Positions 21,480 to 33,114 of a stretch of 35,437 nucleotides of DNA are shown here, piece after piece. This stretch comes from Asterionella formosa (Eukaryota), in the NCBI GenBank assembly GCA_002256025.1, contig NKIB01000075.1:1-35437 (forward strand). Direction: 5' to 3'. The position numbers and the translations under genes were made by a program. The notes below the pieces were generated by a model that saw only the letters and a program-made list of their open reading frames with translations, was not told the DNA's origin and searched no databases. Numbering within the stretch: position 1 is the stretch's first letter; every line of letters starts with the position of its first letter.

Positions 21480-22416
21480 AACACAATATGAAAATAATGG
21501 GATGACGTGCATGAAGTGCCACGGAAAGGGGGATGACACGAGTACCGGTATATCAAACGAGCCGATCATATTGACTGGTTTTGGGCGCCTTTGAATAATG
21601 GATTACATCAATCATACCTATATACAAGACTACATTGTACGCTACATCGACCAACAAGAATGCTAAAAGCACTTTCATGTTTCTCGCGAACTAATATTAT
21701 AAATAGTTCGCGACGTTGTTTATTTACGTCTTTGTCGGTCGTTTTGCTACAGAATCTGCAATGGAGGATCCAGCCATCCGCCAAGTCATTCTTCATTACC
21801 GGTAGTTTCACATCTCTCATTTCTTGTCCTTCATTGCTGATTTGATTTTGTGATGATGACGCCTTATTCCTTGTTTGCGTGTATCCTTGTCTACTGCGCA
21901 CTCAACCTCATGTATCCGTGTGAATATTGTAATGATGCAACATAGATACCTACTATGTGCCAGTACAACCTGACATGGGGTATGGTAACAGCTACCTGGT
22001 ACCTGGTAGTCGCCTACCGGTACATAGGGAGAAAACCGTTGCTTTGATGATTGACAAGCAAACTGGTACCTGGTACCAGGTACCTGGGACTGTGATCAGG
22101 TCGACCTATCAGTATGTAGACTTGTACACAGGTAATAGTACCGGTAAATCACACTAGAACACAAGGCAGTCCAGTAGATGTACCAAATATGTACCTGGTA
22201 CCAGGTACTACTAAGATGAATGGATCGTCCAATTTTCCTCGCAATTGTCACAAGTATATCGAAGCAAGTAAATAGCACAGAGAAATTAATAGCTTCTCAC
22301 CCCTATGCATACACAATCTTGGCTGGTGATGATCCTGTTTGTATCTGCTAATATAATAATAGCTACTCCTACTACTGTTGCCTCATCATCCCTTTATTAA
22401 TAGGAACGACGAAAGG

Positions 22417-24036
22417 ATGTCGTCGCTGCCACCATATTCAACGTTTCGGACCGATGCCAAGGTATGTCGGTGTCAGCGCAACCTGATTCCTGCAGTCTAC
22501 GACGCTTGACGCAGCGCGTTTCCGATACAAAGCCGCCGTAGAGATTACCGTATGAGCTCTAGAACCGATGAACCTTCACTACGGCGATTTCCGAGATTGG
22601 CGGAAAGGATTCTTGTTGTTCAACAAACATGATACCGCTACTCCTATTACTCTGTCTACACTGCTATGCTCACATGCTCACATTCCACCCTCCAGCAAAT
22701 GATGTACCCACAGCAGCTGTCGCATGGGAACGTCTTGACCTTTACTCCTCCAGGCTTCAACCAAACGCTGAACGTCAAATTTCCAGACTGTCGTCTCGCC
22801 GTTTGCGAGAAATGCAAAAAGAACTACAAGACAAGAGACATGTGCCGAGTTCGCAACTCGCACACCTCAGAGCCATGGACGACGGCCTTTATTTGCTTCA
22901 CGCTAGATGATAACTGCACAGACGAGAATGGCAAGTACGTGGACAAACCATTTGCTGTTCGCATGATTCAGTGGCAGCCGTACTGTGCCAAGACGTCATT
23001 CGACCCCAAGACACCTGTGTGCTCGGCGTGCAAGAAGACCAATCGCACTCGCTCCTTCTGCCGTGATCGACACAAGCATAGGCAGCTTCCATGGTGCACT
23101 GTCTATGTTCTCTTGAGTCCGGCGGACACTATTGACCCAGCGACTTGTGTTGCTCCAGAGAGCACTCCTGTCGGGGACGACGCAGAGGGGGAAGACAAGC
23201 AGGTCGATGCTGCCAAGTCGGAAGAACCTGCTGGCGATACTACTGCGGCTGATCCAGATAACGACCTAGACTCTAAAGAAGTCAAGGAAGAAAAGAAGGA
23301 AATAAAGGTTTCCGACGATGGTGAAGATATTAATGACATTGCTGAGAGTCGGACATTCCTTGCCAAAGTTTCTTGTCATGCCAGTAGCGTCCATTGGTTG
23401 GAGCTTTCTGACATTGATGTCGCTGAACAACACGCTTCCATGCAAGGCGTGCCTACTCCCGATGGAGGCCACATGGCTGTCATGGGCCGACACCCAGGGA
23501 TGCTTCCTGGACCGCATGCCGACTACGCACCGCACTTTGGGCATCCTGCCATGGGCTATGCTGCTCAACAGCACCAAATGAACCTAAAGAATCAACAGCA
23601 GTACTTCTTCCAAATGCAGCAGCACCAGCAACAACAATATGCTGCTCATCAGGCTCAGTGGCAAGCACAATACAAGCACTCGGGTATGCCTCCTGGTCCA
23701 CCACCCCCAGGAGCCATCACAGCTGGGGAGGCTGCGGCCCAGCACACCAAAAAAAAGCAACCAGTTCCTCCTCAAGATCAAGTGCCAGTACCTCAATATG
23801 GACAATGGCCTTTACAGCCAGGCCAAATGATGTACCAGCAGCAAATGTACCAACACCAAATGGCTCAGTTCCAACAAGCTGGTGGTCCAGAAGTAGAGGC
23901 AGCTTCCATACCTCAACTTCCAGAACAGATTTTCCCTGATACACAGCAGCAAGGAGACGACTTGGATCCCCCTTCTGAACAAATCTTGCCGGAAGGGGAT
24001 GAGGAAAATGACGCCAAACGGACTCGTATTGTTTAG
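22417..24036 (+). CDS. Uncharacterised protein with two Cys/His (putative zinc-binding) repeats and a Gln/Pro-rich tail; join(22417..22461,22696..24036), ~461 aa
   Basis: Exon 1 MSSLPPYSTFRTDAK, GTATGT donor at 22462, TGCTCAC branch-like motifs and CTCCAG acceptor at 22695, phase 0 and in frame with the long ORF. C-x2-C-x9-C-x5-H-x3-PW occurs twice. The long exon is secure; exon 1 less so. Confidence 0.85.
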
Positions 24037-24216
24037 TCCTGTGAAAGTATGTGGGAATTGTTTGTGGTTTTCAGTTTTTGGCTAAAGATTTTATGTTTAG
24101 TGACGCCATTGAAATGTTTTCTAGCTAATGCTTTTGTAGGAATGTGGACGCGACCTTTTCTTGTTCGCTCCTGACCTCACTTACTATCCAATTTTGTGAT
24201 CTTTGCCTCGGACTGT

Positions 24217-25536
24217 CTAGCCTTTGAAATAACCAAACTTCCTTAGTAATTTTTCATTCTTGCGCCAGTCCTTCTCAACCTTGACATTTAGTTGAAGCAT
24301 CACTTGCATTTGAAGGAATTCTTCAAGTTTCTCTCGTGCGTCAATGCCAACAGCCTTAATTACTTCTCCACCTTTGCCAACAACTATGATCTTTTGCGAG
24401 TCTCTCTCCACCAATACATTAGCCTCTATCCGGATTAGCTTCTTTTTGTCCACAGATTTAGGTTCTCGAAACTGGGTGATTCTGACTTCGCAGCAGTACG
24501 GAAGCTCCTTGTTGAGCTTTCGAAAGAGGGACGCTCGTATTATCTCAGATGCAAAGAAACGTTCCGATCGATCTGTTAACGTATCCTCATCGTACAATGG
24601 AGGTCCTAGGGGTAACAAATTCTTGGCATCTTCACTTTTAATGGATCGGACGCCTTCCGGAAACATGCCCTGAATCGGACGCCCCAAGTCCCGAAAGGCA
24701 GCGGGAACGTCATCGCCCCCCAACAACAACGTACGCAATGCAGTCACACCTTTTTGATTCACTCCCTCTTCAGCAGATACGGGAATGATTGCCATGGCCT
24801 CTGGCAGGAGTGATCTCCATCTCTCCACAGCTTCATCAACTGTGACAGTTCGTCCTTCTTGCTCGTTTTCCGCTGACTCCTTGTTGACATTCCACTCTAA
24901 ATCAACCTTGTTGACAACAACGATAACAGGTTTTCTACTCTTTTGCACTTTTTCAAAAAGGTCATCATCTGGAATAGGAGTACTGAAGATATCTGTCACA
25001 ACCATCAAAATGTCGGCATCATGAAATGCCCCCATGACTGCTTCCATCATTCCTTCTTGTAACTTGTAGGCTGGATCATCAATTACTCCAGGTGTGTCCA
25101 CCAAGCACAGTTGACGATTTTCCGTGGTAATTACCCCCAAAATAGCATGTCGTGTTGTTTGAGGCCTTCGTGTCGCAACACACAAGTCTTCTTGTAGTAG
25201 AGCATTCATTAACGTTGACTTGCCCATGTTGGGCGCTCCTACAATGCAGGCAAAGCCGCATCGAAAGTCTTTTCCACCCGATGGGAGTCGTCCTTCATAT
25301 GCAAACGACGTCTCATCGAGCTGCTGCAACAAATCTGCTTGAGATTGTGGCAAATCCCATTTTTCTTCGTCATTGACCTGGTCCAAATCGTCTTGAATGG
25401 CACTGCTGTGCCAAGTATTCGTTGCTCGAGGGACACATGCCCTTGCTTTATTTGGAGCGTTGAACGCCTGAATTTGCGCAGTTAATGCTACAAGAACAAG
25501 GATTAGACTAGATAGGATATATATCCTCATTTGCAT
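24217..25536 (-). CDS. era: GTPase Era, plastid-targeted, 439 aa
   Basis: G1 GAPNMGKS, G2 PQTTR, G3 DTPG, G4 NKVD, then the KH-like region ELPY...SQKIIVVGKGG...LNVKVEKDWR. Signal peptide cleaved before Phe (IQA-F). Confidence 0.95.
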   Translation of the reverse strand: MQMRIYILSSLILVLVALTAQIQAFNAPNKARACVPRATNTWHSSAIQDDLDQVNDEEKWDLPQSQADLLQQLDETSFAYEGRLPSGGKDFRCGFACIVGAPNMGKSTLMNALLQEDLCVATRRPQTTRHAILGVITTENRQLCLVDTPGVIDDPAYKLQEGMMEAVMGAFHDADILMVVTDIFSTPIPDDDLFEKVQKSRKPVIVVVNKVDLEWNVNKESAENEQEGRTVTVDEAVERWRSLLPEAMAIIPVSAEEGVNQKGVTALRTLLLGGDDVPAAFRDLGRPIQGMFPEGVRSIKSEDAKNLLPLGPPLYDEDTLTDRSERFFASEIIRASLFRKLNKELPYCCEVRITQFREPKSVDKKKLIRIEANVLVERDSQKIIVVGKGGEVIKAVGIDAREKLEEFLQMQVMLQLNVKVEKDWRKNEKLLRKFGYFKG

Positions 25537-26125
25537 TGATCTGTAGGGTTGGTGGTGTCAGTAGAAAAGTGAAGAGGATAAACTGCAATGTGTGATGTGC
25601 TCTATTAAAGTAACATGGGAAGTGAAACGTTCTTTTTATTTTGCTTGAGGAGATCAGGCACAGAGAAGAGCGACAATCCGTCGTCGTCTCGATGCAAAAA
25701 GTGATGGCGCTGGGCATCACAGTCTCCGGGTGCGATTTCCCAGGGAACGACGGACAAGCGGATTGCGGATATCGAGCACACCACGTCGAACAGCCAATCA
25801 ACATGGAGCAGCTGAATCCAATGATGTCGCTTTGTCTGTCTGTTTTTTCGCGACTGAAACTGGAACTTGCTTGGGTACCAGATACCGGGTATTTACATAC
25901 CACACAGCCTGGTATGTAGGAAATAGACCAGCCGAGGTCCTCCATCTACATGCAGGTAAAGCATGAAGCAAACAAGAAACTCGTAGGCAGTAAAGGCATA
26001 AAAGCAAACGCAAGGCGCATTGTGTTGATGAATTGAAAGAGTACAGTTTGCGGGCCACCCACCTCGTTACTTTCCTTTCCCTTCTCTTCCTTTGCACTCC
26101 TTATCATTATATTTGTTAATCTATC

Positions 26126-29100
26126 ATGGCTCAAGTTCCGATCATCTTTAGCGAGGCTTTGAATGTAAGTCATTCCATGGATCGGAGGAGTACGGCAAGG
26201 AGGCACCGCCATAAATCTCAACGGCCCTACAACGTAGGATCTCGTAGAATTAGTACTGGCCGCGAGAAAGATATGTAACCTCGAAGGCCTTCTATGGGAA
26301 TCGATCATGTGTTTTCGTCGTTTTTTGAACCTATCCACTACCTTTGGGACACTGAATGGGTCTCTGTTGCACGAGGAACAACCGTGACTGCGCACGGAGC
26401 AAGGCTCATGCAAATGAGAAAAGGGGCCGAGTATTGGATTGGCGGCATTGTTACCAAAGTCGGCGTTGGATCCTTTCCATGGATCCGAGGTGCAACCGAG
26501 CTTGAGTCTCGACTCTGTTTGCAGCCGATGGAAGCAACGAAGCATTACTTGCAAAATGATAAAATGGAAGAATTAGGAAGTTGAAAAGTGTTCGTCCTGG
26601 CATTACATCCATTCGCGTAATGAAAGATCCAGCAATCGTGTTTTGTATCGCCGTTTCCGAATTGCTTTTCATGCGCGTCAAGTCGTTGTGCTTTCGCTGG
26701 TTCGAAGTGTCCTTTGCTAACCTTATCAAACTATCCTTTCCTTCGGACAGCTCCAACAACTGGGTGTCCCAGAGGCATCTATCAAGCATGGTTTGACAAC
26801 CATGGAATCCGATAAGTGGATCGTCTCCGTTGAGCCCTCACAGGTTACTTTGATTGACCTGCAAAATGGAGCTCAGGTCACTCGTCGTCCTATCCAGGCT
26901 GAAGCGGCTATTATGAACCCTGTTCAGAACATTCTAGCACTCCGATCCGGAACAACATTGCAGATCTTCAACCTTGATGCAAAGGCGAAAGTCAAGTCTC
27001 ATGCTATGCCTGAAGCATTGGTCTTTTGGAAGTGGACAAGCCCGAGCAACTTGGCCCTTGTCACTGCCACTTCCGTCTACCATTGGGCTCTTGACGGACC
27101 TGGTGCACCAGAAAAGGTCTTCGATCGTCATACGACTCTTGGGCCCAACACTCAGATTATTAACTACAAAGTCTCACCTGATGGCATGTGGTGCGTCCTT
27201 GGTGGGATATCTGCAGGAACTGACGGCTCCGTCAACGGTAACATGCAGCTGTACAGCATCGAGAAAAAGGTTTCCCAACCGCTCCAAGGTCATGGGTCTT
27301 CCTTTGCCGTCATCAAGATTATTGGCCGTGAAGACCCTGCTCAGGTCCTTGTTTTTCACGAGAAGAAACCAGAAAGCCCAGCCCACCAGCTTTTCGTTAT
27401 GGAAGTTGGACGTGACCCTGCTCGAGGGCCCGCGTTCCGTATCGCTCCCACTGCAATTCCCATTGCCCCTGATGCTGCTGCTGACTTTCCTGTCAGTCTT
27501 ATTGTTGCCGCCAAAGACGAAATCGCTTACCTTCTGACCAAGATGGGATATGTTTACATGTTTGACATTCAGACTGGAAAGACAATGTACCGTGCCAAGG
27601 TTACCGCTGATACCATCTTTGCTACGTGCCCTCAGGAATCAACCGGGGCTGTCTTCGGAATCACAGTTCGCAAGGGTCAAGTTTTTCGCATCCAGCTCAA
27701 CGGTCCAGCCCTAATTCCATATATTACATCAACCCTTCGTGACAACGACCTTGCGATCAAGGTCGCTGCACGTCTTGGTTTACCTGGTGCTGAAAACTTG
27801 TACCTTGCTGAATTTGAACGTTTGCTTTCCACAGGAAACGTTGTTGAAGCAGCCAAGCTTGTTGCTGCAAGTGGTGCCACCCTTCGTACCCCTGCCACCA
27901 TTGCACGATTCCAGCAGATCCCTGCCCAGCCCGGCCAGCCTCAACCGGTCTTCCAGTACTTTTCCACGTTGTTGGAGAGTGGTCGCCTCAACCAGCAAGA
28001 AGCTATTGAATTAGCCAAACCTGTGCTTCAACAGGGCCGCCCACAGCTCATGGAGAAGTGGCTGAAAGATGACAAACTTGAGTGCTCTGAAATGCTGGGA
28101 GACCTTATCATGCCAGTGGATACCGCGATGGCTTTGAGTGTGTACTTGCGTTCCAACTGCCCTGGAAAAGCCATCCAGTGCATGGTCCACCGTGGAGAGT
28201 ACGACAAAATCGTCCCCTATGCTTCCAGTGTTGGTTTCAAAATGGACTACAGTACAATGTTAAGCCAGCTACTTGCCACTAACCCTGCTGGGGCCCTCGA
28301 TCTCGCAAAAGGACTTGTTAGTGCCGAAGGAGGTCCCCTCATCGATATTCAGGCTACAGCGGAGGCTTTCTTGAGTAGTAACCGTGTCCAGGAGACCACA
28401 GCGTTCCTTCTCGAGGCGTTGAAGGAAAATAAACCTGAGCATTCTTATTTGCAGACCAAGCTCCTTGAAATTAACTTGATCGGAGGTGCCCCTCAGGTTG
28501 CTGATGCCATTTTACAGCAGGGAATCCTCACTCACTACGATCGTCCTCATGTTGGAAAGCTTTGCGAACGTGCCGGTATGTGGCAGCGTGCTGCTGAGCA
28601 TTACACCGAGATTGCAGATATCAAGCGGGTGTTCAAGAATAGCCACCAAATGAACCCTGAGTTTGTCGTGAGTTACTTTGGAAAATTGAACCGTGAGCAG
28701 AGTATCTCCCTTCTCAAGGACATGCTGAGCCGAGGACCGCAAAACATGCAAGTCTGCGTAGAAGTCGCTAAGAAGTATCACGATGAGCTTGGATCTGAAA
28801 GTCTTGTTGAAGTTTTTGAAAATGCAAAGGCTATGGAAGGTCTTTACTACTACTTGGGTGCTGTTGTGAACTTTTCAGAAGATCCCTTCGTTCACTTTAA
28901 ATATATTCAGGCTTCGTGCATGCTTGGACAGTTCAAAGAAGCCGAGCGTGTTTGTCGTGACTCCAACATTTATATTCCTGAGGAAGTGAAGACGTACTTG
29001 AAAGGAGCCAAGTTGCCTGATCCTCGTCCTCTTATTCATGTTTGTGACCGATTCGATTTTGTTGACGAACTCACGGAGTACTTGTATCTGAATAGCCTCC

Positions 29101-31892
29101 TACAATACATTGAAGTGTATGTAACCAAGGTTTCCCCGACGAAGACACCTACGGTGATTGGAAAATTGTTTGATCTTGGTGCCAACGAAGACTTTATCAA
29201 GCGTATCCTCATGGCCGTGGGAACGGCCTGTCCCGTTGACGAGCTCGTCGAAATTGCCGAGACACGCAATCGCCTCCGTCTCCTACAGCCTTGGCTTGAG
29301 GCTCGTGTCGCTACCGGCTCCACCGAGGCGGGAACACACAATGCCCTCGGAAAGATTTACATCACTCTCAACAAGGATCCTAAGGCTTTCTTGTTGAACA
29401 ACATGTTCTACAGTCCAAAGGTACTTGGACCTTTTTGCGAGTCCCTTGATCCTCAACTTGCTTTTATTGCCTACAAGAAGGGTGCGGGTGAATGTGACGA
29501 CGAGTTGATTCGCATCAGTCACACCCATGGTCTCTACCGTGATCTTGCGAAATACCTTGTCGAGCGTCAGGATATGGAGCTTTGGGCTAAGGTCTTGACC
29601 AAGGATGAAGGGGAAGAAACAGAAAATCCTCAGCGTCGCCAGTTGATTGACCAGATTGTTGAGTGGGCCTTGCCTGAAAGCACCAATGCCGATGAAGTGG
29701 GTTGCACAGTAAAGGCATTCATTGCCGCCGATCTTCCAGGAGAACTCATTGTTCTCCTCGAGCGCATCGTTCTCCAAGGTTCTGACTTCTCGGATAACAA
29801 GAACCTTCAGAACTTGCTCTTGCTCACTGCCATTCGTGCTGATCCTAGTCGTGTTTCCGGGTACATTGACCAGCTTGATAACTTTGATGCCAAGGATGTT
29901 GCCCTTATTTGTATTTCCGAAGCGCATATGTTATACGAAGAGGGTTTCAGCATTTACATTAAGTTTTCCAAACCTGAACATACCCAGGATAAGGATGAAC
30001 AGGTTGAGTTGCAGGTGCTTGCCATCGGAGTTCTTGTGGATTGCATGAAGGATCTTGATCGCGCAAAGGGCTATGCTAACCAGTGCGACGAGAAGCCTGT
30101 TTGGTCCAAACTCGGAAAGGCTCAGCTCGAAGAAAAGTTTCCTGCCGATGCTATCGAAAGTTTCATTAACGCCGATGATCCAAGCGAGTATGTCAAAGTT
30201 TGTGATGCTGCCAACGAAGCAGAGATCTGGGCTGAGCTCATTCCTTACCTCAAGATGGCTCGTAAGACACTTCAGGAAAATCTATTGGACACAGAACTTA
30301 TCTATTCGTATGCCAAGATTAACAGCTTGACTGAATTGGAGCTCTTCGTAAATGGACCAAATGTGGCAAACATCCAAAACATCGGAGACCGTTGCTTCTC
30401 CGAAGGACTCTACCGGGCTGCCAAGATTTTGTTCATCAACATTAACAACAACGCGAAGTTGGCTCTTTGTCACATTCATCTCGAAGAGTACCGCGAAGCC
30501 GTTGCTGCAGCCGTCAAGGCTAATAATGTCTCCACTTGGAAGCATGTTTGCTTTGCCTGCTTGCGGGCTAATGAGTTCAGACTTGCCTCTACTTGTGGGC
30601 TCGAAGTCATCAAATACCCCGACCACGTGGATGAAGTTGTCACTTACTACTCTGACTTGGGATTCTTCACTCAACTCGTCTCCTTGTTCGAGCAAGGAAT
30701 TGGATTGGAGGATGCTCATATTGGTATTTTCACCGAGTTGGGAGTGCTCTACACCAAGCATGTTCCAGAGAAGGTCATGGAGCATTGCAAGGTATTCTTC
30801 AGCAAACTCAACGTCTCCAAGGTTGTCCGAGCGTGCGAACGTGCTCGTTTGTTCAAGCCGGCTGTTTACCTGTACATGACCGATAAACAGCACGATAGTG
30901 CCATTAAGATCATGATGGAGCGCTCCAATGCATGGGAAAATGATTTGTTCTTGGATGCTGTCACGAAGGTCAGAAACCAGGAGGTTATGTACAAGGCCAT
31001 TGGCCACTATGTCACTACCCATCCAGCATTGTTCACTCGTTTGATGGAGGTTCTCGAAGCGCTCGTTGACCACACTCGTGTTGTCACTCAACTGAAACGT
31101 ACAGGCGATTGGGCCGTCCAACTGGGTCAAGATTACATGAAGTCGATTCAAAAGTTCAACTTATCTACAGTCAACGAGTCACTCAATGAATTGTATGTTG
31201 AAGATGAAGATTACGAATCGCTCCGAAAGTCTATCGATACGTTTAACAACTTCAATATGATTGCGCTTGCTTCGAACCTTTCATCGCACGAGCTTCTTGA
31301 ATTCCGTAGAATTTCTGCTTATGTTTACAGAGGAAACAAGAAGTGGAACCAATCCATTGAGCTTTCAAAGAGCGATCGCATGTGGAAGGACTGCATCGAC
31401 ACTGCAAATGAGTCTACTGATGGTGAAATTATCGAAAACTTGCTCAGATTTTTCTGCGGCTCGTCAGAGAAGGAGTGTTTCAGTGCCTGTCTGTACACTT
31501 GCTATCCTCACATCAGTCCAGACATCGTTCTGGAACTTGCATGGCTCAATGGATACCAAAACTTTGTTGTCCCTTTCTTCGTCCAGAACTTCCGTCATAC
31601 TCATGCTCGTCTGCAGGCTTTGGAGAAGCGCACTGCTCCACCGAAGGAGGAGGACGCTCAGCACGAAATCGCCGCCACATATGGTAACTTGGGCGGCTTT
31701 GGGTCGGGCGTTTTGATGCTTGAAAATGGTGGAGGAATGGGAGGCGGCCTCCCTGGAGGTATCCCAATGCCGATGTCTCACATGGGAGGCATGATGGGAG
31801 GACCTGATATGTCATCTTTTGGAGTTTCTCAGCAACCGCAGATGGGAATGATGCCTAACGGTATGGGCTCACCTGGTATGCCCATGATGTAA
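26126..31892 (+). CDS. CHC: Clathrin heavy chain; join(26126..26164,26751..31892), ~1726 aa
   Basis: Exon 1 MAQVPIIFSEALN splices to LQQLGVPEASIKHGLTTMESDKW. Conserved RRPIQAEAAIMNP, GNMQLYS, DPRPLIHVCDRFDFV, NLQNLLLLTAI, GIFTELG and HELLEFRRI. Confidence 0.98.
26165..26750 (+). other. 586-bp spliceosomal first intron of clathrin heavy chain
   Basis: GTAAGT donor, TGCTAAC branch point at 26715-26721, pyrimidine tract and CAG acceptor. The phase-0 join restores the conserved N-terminus. Confidence 0.92.
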
Positions 31893-32239
31893 GCGAACTG
31901 GCACAAGAAATTCTTGACAAGTGTCTGTCTTCATATCTTTTTCAAATAAAAATGTGGGTAACATCTTCGCGAATAAAGAATGAAGGCGATGCTTTTTTGA
32001 GAATTCATTACAGCCAATAATATAAATAACCTTAGTATCTCAATGGACATGATTATTAAAATAAATTTTATCAGTCTTTCTCATCAGACCCTGTCAAGAG
32101 CAAAATTACAATCCCAAAAAACTAGGAGGTAACACTCCTTCTTTCCTGGGTTGAATCCTTGATGCGTCGAATCGGTCCGAACTAGGCAATCGTGCTGATT
32201 AGTACACCACTAATTTTATTGTAAGCTTTCTTCAAGTGC

Positions 32240-32551
32240 CTAGTCCCAACCAGGTTTCTCCTTGAGATCCCATATAACACCAGCAGTTGGAGATGCCTCT
32301 GGATCAGATCCAAGATGCTTGACGTAGTACGTACTGGCCATCATTTCTTGCACTTCCTTCTGATCTCGAGTTGCCTTGGCTCGAATGGCCGTTTTCAGGT
32401 CGTTCCATTGTGCACCACATCCTTGAAAGCGTCCAAATCGATACATACTATCACGTTGATATCTGCTGCCAAGGCACCTGGACCATTCGTCAAAATACAG
32501 TGCAAGATCTACCTGTTTCTTGTATTTTCCATCATTTGATTCACGGGACAT
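32240..32551 (-). CDS. Small Emi1/DUF3128-like protein, 103 aa
   Basis: FDEWSRCLGSRYQRDSMYRFGRFQGCGAQWNDLK and C-terminal SPTAGVIWDLKEKP resemble the FD..C.....Q....YRYG....C...W pattern of this family. Confidence 0.7.
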   Translation of the reverse strand: MSRESNDGKYKKQVDLALYFDEWSRCLGSRYQRDSMYRFGRFQGCGAQWNDLKTAIRAKATRDQKEVQEMMASTYYVKHLGSDPEASPTAGVIWDLKEKPGWD

Positions 32552-33114
32552 GATGATGACTTGCTTTTCTGGTCAGAAAAGTGAGTACGTTGAAGTGCAC
32601 TCGAGACAAAGTCCTGACGAAGGCGGAGTGTGGAATAAAAAAAGAAGTGCAGTTGCACAATTTCAGTTGTTGATGTTGTTGATGGGAAACGTTGGAGTAA
32701 TCATGAGGAAATAATCGTGTGTGTGAATGTTCGGTGTCACCAACTCACTCCTGGTCCACCGTCTTATTTATTATTTAAAAAAAACCAATACTGAGTATGT
32801 ACTGGTAGTTTCAATACACTGATTATTCTTGTGCTAAATATAAAATAAATATTTTATTATTATGACATTTGCATCGATTTACATTCAAAATAAAATAATC
32901 GGATGAAATATTTAATAATTGATAAACTTGGAACGAAAAAAAAATGAATAAATATTATTATTCAAGATTAGCTAGAATCGAAAACGACACAGACACGCCA
33001 ACCATTGCTTTCCGATCATGTTGGTCACTCTGCTTTATGGAGCAATGATGTTGTTGTTATTGTTTGACACGACGGTTCATGTTCTACAGTATAGATAGAG
33101 TATCGGCTGCTACA

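Noticed and set aside
21591..21901. Short opposing ORFs between the PDE and the zinc-motif gene
   Set aside because: No recognisable domain, and they contain the TACCGGTA motif otherwise confined to non-coding DNA.
22475..22500. AACCTGAT resembling part of a TPP riboswitch
   Set aside because: The CTGAGA motif and the P4/P5 elements are absent, and the host gene is not thiamine-related.
25946..26789. ORFs of 202, 112 and 96 aa overlapping the clathrin first exon and intron
   Set aside because: No recognisable motifs. The region is explained by the spliced CHC gene.
26934..31815. Many antisense or alternate-frame ORFs inside clathrin (up to 289 aa) and other genes
   Set aside because: Expected shadows of codon-biased coding sequence.
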